64,000 nucleotides of DNA from Macrostomum lignano (taxonomy: Eukaryota): positions 1 through 64,000 of the forward strand of contig NIVC01002462.1 in NCBI GenBank assembly GCA_002269645.1, in the 5' to 3' direction. The notes beneath the pieces were generated by a model. It ran no database searches and was not told the DNA's origin. It saw only the letters and a program-made list of their open reading frames with translations. Positions 54,665 through 64,000 of the stretch are shown piece by piece; within the stretch, counting starts at the first letter, position 1, and each line of letters opens with the position of its first letter. Made by a program: the position numbers and the translations under genes.

Positions 54665-55163
54665 CTTCTACGCACATCAAGCATTTCTCTGCAAATGTTT
54701 GGAAGCAACTGAATGAACTCTCTGTCTGACTTCTTCTAGCTAGCTGCTTTCTCATTCAGCAAATGTTGGTTTCATTTTTAGCCACTCCCACTGAGTAAGC
54801 AGGTAATATTAGAAAATATAAATGTTTGTGGGAAGAACATACTATCATTTCACGCTGTCACTAATTTCATGCTTTCATATTAAATTCTTTCCAACAATCG
54901 CATATAGACCTAGACATGATTAGGCATAGACATGCGAAATATATGACAGTCCCTTTTTAGATGGTTTTCTTTGCTTCGCAAAATGGTTTTGCTGTTTGTT
55001 AACAGATTTTTAGTGAAGGTAGGCTTCTGAAATATATGCGTTGCGTTTTCACCCATAGTACTATAAAATAATAAAGGAAAATGTGTTCCGATCCGATAGC
55101 TTTTCTAACTTTGCTTTGTTTCCCTCCAACTTTTATTTCAGCATATTCGGGCCAAGTCTATGA

Positions 55164-57674
55164 ATGAGTCTAAACGACCTGAATGCATTTGTTGTTGTTC
55201 GCTTCAATGAAACTGAAGAAATTGAAATCGTTCGTCGTTCCTGGCTTCAGGGCAGCGACAGCGTCTTGTGCCCTCCCCTGAAAAAGTTCAAGGCTTGCTT
55301 GACAAACCAGTCGAAGTCAGTCCCAGACGATAGTTGGTTGCCTTACAAAGTCGACATCATTGGATCGAGAGGTGAGTTTATGTGCTAATGCAGAATTATT
55401 TTCAAATAGGTAGATTATATATGATATGCCTATGATTACATATGAAGCCAGTCTTAAGTGCAATTATTGTACTATTTTCTTGTATACATTAGAAAAAAGT
55501 ACTTCAATGTGGCTCCTATTATCTACATCGGGGGGTTGATATTTTTTCTTGTTTAATTAGATGTGGGATGACTAAGTCCCACGTGAAAGCGAATTTTCAT
55601 AGCTAATAATAAAGGATGTAATTTTATATAGTGTACATGTACATGTGTCTATTCCCCTTCATGCAGATCAATTTCCCGCTGCTGTCAACCTGCGGAAGCG
55701 GTACGAGAGTCGGGGAGAAGTTGATTCTACTGATATAGATGCTCCACGAAGAATTCAAGTTGTCGACCACTATTACAATGAGAATTTCGACATTGAGACT
55801 CGAAAAACCGGCCGAAAGAGAACGACAAAGAGCAAATCCTCTACACTGGGTAACAGCCGGAGTGCTGGACAGTCGTCAGCGCCACCAAAGTTTCAACCTG
55901 ATGGCACGAGGCCACCTTTGACAATAAGCAGCAGTTCGAATTTGGCTTCCATCCAACATGAAGCCATCTTGGCAAGCGCAGTTCATGCTACTACATCGAG
56001 TCTGAGCCCGTTTTCACAGTCTTCTTGTGGCAGCTTCAGCACCAGCACCAATTTAGCTGCAGCTGCCGCGGCCTCTCCGATGGGGCATGGAATCCAGCAC
56101 CATCCTGCTTCTGCTGCAGCTGCCGCGGCCTCTCCGATGGGGCATGGAATCCAGCACCATCCTGCTTCTGCTGCAGCTGCCGCGGCCTCTGCGATTGGCG
56201 TTTACGACGCGAGCCGTGCAGACATATTGGACTTTCTAGTGACAGCCGTGCGGCGGATTGAAAGTAAGCCAGCTAAAAAAATTTCTTTCGCTACTGAGGC
56301 GCTGATATAAGAAAATTTAGAAGTTCTAATCCGAGCTCTTCATTTCCAGAATTAAGTAAAGTTACGATTTAAATTAAAATGGCGTAATGCACTATTAAAC
56401 ATTCAGCTCCGCATGATTCTGAGTTTTGCTGCGATTTACACTTTTTAATTTGTACTTAACGTTTCGGAGGTTCATCTGGTTTGTATAGAGAATAATCTAT
56501 TTGAGTCACTAACTGACTATTATCCCTGACTGGCTGATACATCTTCTCGATAATTTTCTTCATTTTAGCAACCCAGCGCGCGATGCATGGTGCGATTTGT
56601 GGCCTGGCTACAGAGGTGAAAGACTTTCACCTGCAGTTTCTTGCTCTGCAGAACTCTTCGTCTCGTAGTACAGGTGCAAACTCCAGCAATGCCCAGCACG
56701 GCCAACAGCCAACCGACAGGCCTATACTTCAAGATCTGCCATTTACCGAAGTCGATAAACTGACTGAGTGGGCCACACGACTAACAAGTGATCGAGGCTG
56801 CTTAAATGATGCAGTGAGTGCTAGTATTTTGTATGATTTTTATCATTGCACGATTTACAAAAGCGACTGGATGCCGCTTAACTGCCGCATGTATTTTATG
56901 AGAGAATATAACACATTACAAGACATGACTATTAATGTGTAATGTCTTGTAGTTTATTAATTCAATTTCTAGTCTACCATTCGAATTCATTCCACACATT
57001 TCAGTTTCTGTTCTTCAAGCGGCTTACCAGCAAAACTCTAATGAAGTCCGTCGCTAATATCTTATACCACATCATGGATGACAAGCTTGCTCATCAGTTC
57101 AGTCTCCGTGGTGCCAAGCGTTCTGGCGTTTCCAAGTATTGCTTTGAGTCAACTGGCCTGCTGCCTTTTATCAAAAGTAAGCAACATAATGGTGCTTAGG
57201 ATTTTGTCTCTTCTATGATAAAATGTGTATTTAAGCTGCTTAGTTAAATATATATCAATTCTGTACGTCCATATCTAGATACTAATCTACTTTGGGTAAG
57301 CAAAACTAATGGGCAGTATTTACCTACTTTTAGACGTCGTGTGGAGTGTTCACAAAGACGCCAAAGGCGAGGCCATTGAATCCGCGGTGGGCGAACATCT
57401 GCGCCACTCAGGCACTCGGTTCCGCCGAAAAAGGTGCTCACAGCAGTCCGCACAGCGTCCGACTGGAGAACTTCGGAACTCGGCTGCAGGCCCAAGGAGC
57501 ACTCGGCAAAGCGGAGGTGACGGCGCAGACATGAACACTGACGGCGATGCAAGTGGCGAGAGCGACAGCAGTTCTGACGACGAGGGCGCTCACGACAGCA
57601 GCGAAGATAATGACAATGGCGGCCAACGATTTGAAGTCATCAACGTTGACGGTTGTACACTTACTCAACTTTGA
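55164..57674 (+). CDS. CMC element second gene (DUF4806-like accessory protein), 5 exons, 520 aa
   Basis: Exons 55164-55371, 55667-56263, 56569-56813, 57005-57176, 57334-57674, GT-AG and phase-consistent (1563 nt). N-terminus FVVVRFNETEEIEIVRRSWL...W. C-terminal IMDDKLAHQFSLRG...AVGEHLRHSGTR. Internal 57-bp duplication AAAAAASPMGHGIQHHPAS x2. Confidence 0.8.
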
Positions 57675-59535
57675 GTAAATAGGAGTTCAGACTTCACGGG
57701 ATTGGTGGCTTAATAAAACTAGTTGTTCTAAGTTCTAAGAACAAAGATCAGTATAGACTCGCTCTAGGTTAGGTGAATCTCTTTGGAGGCTATAGCTGTT
57801 TTTAATCATCGCCATCAGATCTCTAGTTATCTTTGCATCTTTTCTGAACGACATGTCTGTTTTGCCAGCATGCAAATAGCAGTTGCCATTAATAATAGTT
57901 TTGCGAATCTCTTATTTTCCTGCTAACTTTTTTATTCATTAAAAGAAACACTGCAGGTTGCAGCTTGCAGTCACACACAAAGATACACATCATGCGCATC
58001 TAATGTAGTAAATATTTTTATTGCTTTCTTGACCTACTATAATGGTAACCGTCTGATCTGATGTGTTTACGATAAAACAAAAAAAATTAATGGTGCTCAT
58101 TAGCTAATCTTCGCAGACCTTTAAATCGAAACGTTTTTTGCTATTTTACTTATTCTTTTTAGCAAATGCTAAGTCATGGCCGTATTTTCGTATTATTTCA
58201 AGATGTAGGAGTCTCGATTTTTGAACCTGTGTGCAAGCTACAGATTTTTTACTATGTAGTCAGTGTTACTACCGGTAGAAGTTCCTTAACAACAATCCAA
58301 AATTAATGCATGGCATGCGAAAGAAAGACATAAGCAAGTGTAATAGTAGAGTCGTCGTATATTATAGAATGAAAGTGATACGAAATATATGTAGTATATA
58401 GAATAATACACATACATTAGATACTACTAATAGTAGACACGACGACTACATGTTGCACAGATGTTGATGTATGTTGATTTTGCAATGTTGATGCGTCAAC
58501 CATTCTGCAACGTTGTTTTGCGCGACAAACGGTCGCTTCTAGCAACGTTTACCACTTGTTGCGCGTCAACATTTGTACAACATTCCCGCAACATAAATGG
58601 CACTAGGGGTGAGCCTACTTTAAGTAATAAAAATGGGCCTACACCGGCCTACTTTTGTCAATACATGCATTTGCCAATATGTACATCTAAAGGCCTATAC
58701 GTATCCGGAGGGGGGCGGCTGCTCGGTGCCTGCAGTAGGCGTTAGGGCAACATATCGGCTCTTGCGTGGGGTGTGCGTTGCGGCAGAGTCGCCTGGGGGA
58801 TACATATCGGCGCTAGGCCGGTAAGGGCGGCGCATACATGCATATAATAAATAATAGATCGTGTTGTTTAACAAATAATAAACAACACGATCTCCTTTGC
58901 CACTGTAGGATCCCCAGTATGGAGAATTATTCCAAGATAATTATAATGAGTTATGCCATTAAACGTACGTATGCATAATGTTTACTTATATCTAAACTTT
59001 ATTACAGATAAATAAAACATGTAATGATAAAACAGAAAGCCGTAAATCCAATTCCGCGACAGTTTACATAATATTTTAAACCGTAGCTGTAACGCTTGCG
59101 TGGATTATAATTTTTTTCTAAAATCGGAATGATTTAAACAAAAAATAATATATATAGAATCAAATAAAGTTAGCATACAATCTATCAAACATCTTACGGC
59201 TCTGTAGGGCAAAAACTATAAATGTAGAAAGAAGGTAAAACATATATAACGGTGCACAGAATGGTGAAAAGTCTATTTTAATCCGGTGAAAAGTTGCCTA
59301 CGAGCTGGTATACTATGAAACATGCAGGTGGGCGCTTCGCCGAACATGAGAAACTAAATTTACGGTGTAACTTTTGTGTCATGAAGATTTTGTGAACATC
59401 CGCGTGTCATCCGGTATGATCATACTAACAATTGAAGGTTACTCTCAGCAAGTGGTCAGCTTTAACAATTAGGAGTAACAAGGCGCTATGAAAGAAATCG
59501 TTTCTATGGTGTCGTATAGGACTCGAGTTCGATTA

Positions 59536-60013
59536 GGAGGCAGGTTTTACCAAAAATACATCACGGAGATTTAATGAGGATGAGGTTTAATTTTTTTCAG
59601 CACAAAAATGGTTAATATTGCTTTAGATAGGAGACAGACCCGACGTTATTCTTTTAATATGTCTTGCATTGCCTTTCCTATAGCTCTGTTGATTTTTACA
59701 AAGCTTTTCGTTTAGAAAATTATGATAATAGCTAGAATTCTTTTAATTTTATATCCTTGTAATGAGATCCTAGCTTAATGATTGTGTAACAAAATGTGTA
59801 ACAGAATGATGAATTATGATTTTATGATTTCTAGGCATAGGACGTGCGTAGGATCACAGTAATCCTAAAAAGAGCTACGACCATAAGGAAGGCAAGAAAT
59901 ATCAAAATATAAACGTTGAGTCTCCACTTTATTAAAAGCAATATAACAATTTTTGTGCTAAAAAATAAAAACTTCCTATCTCTGTAATTTATTTTTTAGT
60001 AAAACCTGCCGCC
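59536..60013. mobile_element. MITE with ~70-bp imperfect TIRs and TA flanks; partial second copy at ~2560-2720
   Basis: GGAGGCAGGTTTTACCAAAAATACATCACGGAGAT vs reverse complement GGCGGCAGGTTTTACTAAAAAATAAATTACAGAGAT. A similar left-arm sequence lies at 2575-2720. Confidence 0.6.
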
Positions 60014-60524
60014 TAAAAATTTCCAAAAACGTACTTTTCCGTCTTTCTACACGTACCTGAGTAGTCATTGGGATTATCTTTCTCAACGAACTCGTATTAA
60101 GGGCCGACCCGTTGAAGCGAGAATCTATCAGAATGCGTAACAATTTATTTGAAGGCTGAATTGGTCTTTAAAGTTTGTTCCTAATCAAGCAAGAAATCTT
60201 TTGTCAAGATTATTTAATTTTTAAATTTTGTCAGTAATATGCTTTCAGTTTTAGGTTTTGTTTTAATCGAGAAGCCAAATAAGACAGCTCATCCTATAAA
60301 AGCCTAGCTATATATTTCAATTTTGAGACTTTTAAAGCGAGATTCTGTCTACTGAATTTCACAATTTTGATATATGCTACACGTACTAACGTCAGTCATA
60401 CTGCACTACACGTCATAATGTCCTTTGCCCTCACAGACACAAATAGTAATTTAGGTGTACACGAAGCCGATACCATCCCAAATGAAATACACATGAAGAC
60501 CTCAATCATACGAGTAGCTGATGG

Positions 60525-61080
60525 TCATTGCTGCTTTCCTGTTCTCAGAATTTGCGTTCTTCGCCTCCGATCAGCGGCCCGACCTCCAACTGTTACGGCG
60601 GCTGTTGTCAGCGCGGTTGTCAAAGCCGGCAGCTGCTGCTGCTGTTGATGATGCTGCTGTTGATGAAGATGCTGTAGAAACGGTTGCTGCCTGCCGCTGG
60701 CCATCAGAGGATTCTCGCCCGAGAGAAGCAGGTGCGGCGGCGCCGCCGGCGGCTGGTGCTGGCTGGGCCGAACAGCCAAGGTCGGAAGCCTCTGAGGCTT
60801 GTAGGCGCCGTAGTAGACGGCCTCCTTCAGTTCGGCCTTCAGGCGTTCAACTTCGACAGCTTGACGCCGATTGTCAACCGTCAGCTGCTTCACCAGCAGC
60901 TCGCACTCCGGCAGGCTGGGCGCCCGCCACCGACTCGACCCATCGTCGACTGTTGAGTTGGCCTCGTCCACTGCGCCGATCCGCAGGGGGTCGAAGTGAA
61001 CCCGCAGGTGCTGCAGTTGCAGCTCCGGCGGGCAGGCGGCCGCGGCCTCGGCTTGGGCGGCTCGATGGCGCAGCTCCTGG
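60525..61080 (-). CDS. Probable terminal exon of an unidentified coiled-coil protein
   Basis: GC-rich open frame from acceptor CAG (61081-61083): QELRHRAAQAEAAAACPPELQLQHLRVHFDPLRIG...PECELLVKQLTVDNRRQAVEVERLKAELKEAVYYG...polyQ. Upstream exons not resolved. Confidence 0.55.
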
Positions 61081-61607
61081 CTGCACGCGGCGGGTTGAGT
61101 GATTGATGGGTTCCAAAGTTATGGCTTGTGCATTCAGGCGTAGTAGAGAAAGACGGTAGGACGGGAAATTTTGTTTCTTAGAAAATATTTGAAGGCCGAG
61201 TTGATGCTTTGTCCAAAAAATTAGCGATTTTTTTATTGGAAGCAGATTAAATGCTGCATAGTATTTAATAAAGCCGCTATATATATATTTCTTTATGAAG
61301 CCCGCCGTCAAAGATTTTCTTGGAAACAGATTTTACCGTCATTTATTATTAGGTCGTTCATGATTATGCAGGTAGCAGCACTTCACATTTATGAAAATTT
61401 ATTTAAAAGGCCAAATTTCACCACACGATGCATTTTACATACAGCGGATTTGAAATATTTGAATATTTTTTGTTTTACTGTAAAGAACTTCTTTACCGGA
61501 AGCTGTACACCTTGAAGCGGAATTGGATACCTTGATGAGATGATATGAACCTAGAAAGTGCTGTTATTTTACTTGAGTTATTTGACTACCTTTTGTAGTA
61601 TTTTTAC

Positions 61608-61946
61608 GTTAGCGCGGTGCTCGGATGTGCCAGCGGCTCGATCTAAGCAGTCACATTAATTTGGGGCTAAATTGGAATCTCGGCTTGGCTCTGCTCGTGC
61701 AATTAACACCCTTGAGGGCCAACCCCAAGGCACAGTGAAGTGTACATGCCTAACGATAAATAAAGCTAGGGCAGCTGTACACTCCTGTGTGAGTGTGTGC
61801 CTGTGCGTATGACTGCGTACGTATCCGCGCGCTTGTGTGCCTGTTCAGGGGAGTCTGGGCGGAATGGGCAGTAATGCCTCTCGCCAGATGTGTGACAATG
61901 TCGCTTAAAGTGCGCCAGGGTGCACACAACCCCCTGCCGCTAATAG
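61608..61946 (+). mobile_element. tRNA-derived SINE copy with truncated head
   Basis: Colinear with the reverse complement of 47124-47478, ending GGGTGCACACAACCCCCTGCCGCTAATAG. Confidence 0.78.
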
Positions 61947-63354
61947 AAAAAAAAGCATTTTATGATGGGTAGATATTTCAAACTCTGTTTTTAAACAACC
62001 AACAGTGATCACACAGAATTAAGCAAAAGCCAGTCGTGCGTTATTTTCGTGGAGTGACAATTTTGACGCACTTTATTCAGAGTTGTTAGAGTAAATCGAA
62101 TTCGAATTTGCGTTAAAAAGAATGACATTGTAAAGAACTTTTACCCAGACACAATGGCAAGTCAAAACGGCCATTATTGCATGCATGCACCATTCAGCGA
62201 CTCCACCACAGATTTTTCCAATTGATAAGAGTAGGCATACTGCTATGATTCTATTAAACTAATTAAAAATGACCAAGTTATAGGCCTGCCTATTATCTTA
62301 TCAGATTGCCAATTCAACTGCCCCGCGCCACGCGTATACGTAATCAATGTACGAGCATACATCACACTCTCTCCAATCAGTTCACCCACCCCATCTCTCG
62401 TCCAATCAAATCAAACTTAAAAGTGCGTCAAATTGTCTAAAAATTCTATACAATCTACCATTGTTTAACATCATTTAGTGCACAGTTAAAATCTTCCCAA
62501 TCTGTTTATTTATTACATGTATAGGTGTTTAAAGTGGGTTGTTCAACAATGTCCATTTTTATGTAACAAATTTAAATTAAATTTTATTTACCAAGCGAAT
62601 CAGTGAGGAAACTACCTGGGGAGCAATAGCAGTTTTCCCGATATCGAATTCAACACATTTAATTGGCACACAATAAGTGGTTTATTAACAGTGTTAATTA
62701 GTATATGATTAATATTTAATAGATGTACTGACGAGTGAGCATAGGCAACTTAAGAAGGCTGACACTGTGCACTGCCAGATTGCAGAATTGCAGATATCTT
62801 CATTTGTCAAATTTTGTTAAGTTCTGCATAAGAATGAATTGACAGAGGAGTTTGCCAGTGCACAGTGACTGACCACAATTCGATTTTAGCTGCCAAGTTG
62901 GAGGTGGAGTGAGTTTTCATGCACTTTGATTAAAGTGAAACAACCGCAAATGTAAATATTACAATGCATATACATGTACTTTGCGTTAGCGCAGACCTGC
63001 CATCTTACCCTCCGCGTTTGCTGGTCCACCGACGACTTCGAACGGTTTTGCTGCTGTTTTGGTTTATCAATAGCAATTATTGTTATTAATAAATCCGTTT
63101 CTGTTTTGTTTAAAACGAGTTACTGAAACTAACTACGGATTTTTAAGCGCAAACTGCGAGTCGCGGTACCAAAACCAGCTATAGTTAGTGGCTGCGCATA
63201 TGAGGCATACTATACTGATTTATTATAACTACTAAAACATTACGCCGCCATTAGACTAAGAGACAGTTAACTAGAAAAACGGAGAATGAACATATGAGAA
63301 CTTAATTTTGGCTGGAAAGGCTGTCATACTTCTTGAGAAGTAAAAATCAAGGAA

Positions 63355-64000
63355 ATTCTGAAACCAATGAAACTGACAGATTCCTTATTGAAACTGACAG
63401 AATCTCCAATGAAACTGACAGAATCTCCAATGAAACTGACAGATTCCTTATTGAAACTGACAGAATCTCCAATGAAACTGACATAATCTCTAATGAAACT
63501 GACAGAATCTCTAATGAAACTGACAGAATCTCTAATGAAACTGACAGAATCTCCAATGAAACTGAAAGAATCTCCAATGAAACTGAAAGAATCTCAAATG
63601 AAACTGAAAGAATCTCCAATGAAACTGACAGAATCTCTAATGAAACTGACAGAATCTCTAATGAAACTGACTGAATCTCCAATGAAACTGACAGAATCTC
63701 AAATGAAACTGAAAGAATCTCCAATGAAACTGACAGAATCTCTAATGAAACTGACAGAATCTCTAATGAAACTGACTGAATCTCCAATGAAACTGACAGA
63801 ATCTCTAATGAAACTGACAGAATCTTCAATGAAACTGACAGAATCTCCAATGAAACTGACAGCATGTGCAATTAAACTGACAGAATCTCTAATGAAACTG
63901 AAAGAATCTCCAATGAAACTGACAGAATCTCCAATGAAACTGACAGAATCTCCAATGAAACTGACAGAATCTCTAATGAAACTGACAGAATCTCTAATGA
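63355..64000. repeat. 21-bp satellite AATGAAACTGACAGAATCTC(C/T), runs off window end
   Basis: ~30 tandem copies with GAAAG and GACTG variants. Confidence 0.96.

Larger units (their letters stand above)
49720..58609 (+). mobile_element. Apparently complete autonomous CMC/EnSpm (CACTA-superfamily) DNA transposon, 8.9 kb
   Basis: 13-bp TIR CCCCTAGTGCCAT (49720-49732) / ATGGCACTAGGGG (58597-58609), 3-bp TSD TGA on both sides, GTTG/CAAC-rich subterminal repeats, and two internal genes. Confidence 0.9.

Noticed and set aside
62763-62867. 105-bp element with 12-bp CACTGTGCACTG inverted ends
   Set aside because: No matching TSD and no second copy in the window, so too weak to call a CACTA MITE.
63333-63871. 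(ISNETDR)n ORF with an N-glycosylation sequon in every unit, and the antisense (LSVSLEI)n ORF
   Set aside because: A 21-bp satellite is open by construction. TGA variants interrupt the plus frame, and there is no signal peptide or splice support.

Overview
This is eukaryotic (metazoan) genomic DNA with spliced genes, not a prokaryotic window. Gene style, TTAGGG repeats and repeat content suggest a free-living flatworm such as Macrostomum (inference, not verified). I rebuilt genes by hand from GT-AG sites and phase checks. They are: an SLC3A/4F2hc-like heavy chain (+, 5' cut by the window edge, three apparent frameshifts); a TMEM72/Flower-like membrane protein (-); a complete nicotinic acetylcholine receptor alpha subunit (-); a small secreted 8-Cys Ly6/three-finger-like protein directly upstream of it, which the ORF track misses (-); an aquaporin with a non-canonical pore signature (-); ZFPL1 (+); and an orphan coiled-coil terminal exon (-). 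The rest is mostly mobile DNA and satellites. Highlights are: a young Penelope-like retroelement (RT + GIY-YIG) between ~270-bp inverted repeats that each carry a minimal hammerhead ribozyme; an apparently intact 8.9-kb CMC/EnSpm transposon with two spliced genes; a non-autonomous CMC element holding a Harbinger-type MITE with a captured 28S rRNA H69-H71 fragment altered at the R2/I-PpoI cut site; nested hAT/MULE/mariner elements; a tRNA-derived SINE whose 3' end matches a LINE tail also in the window; and a 1.2-kb (TTAG)n array running in phase into (TTAGGG)4. No CRISPR array is present. All alignments were done by eye and no searches were run.
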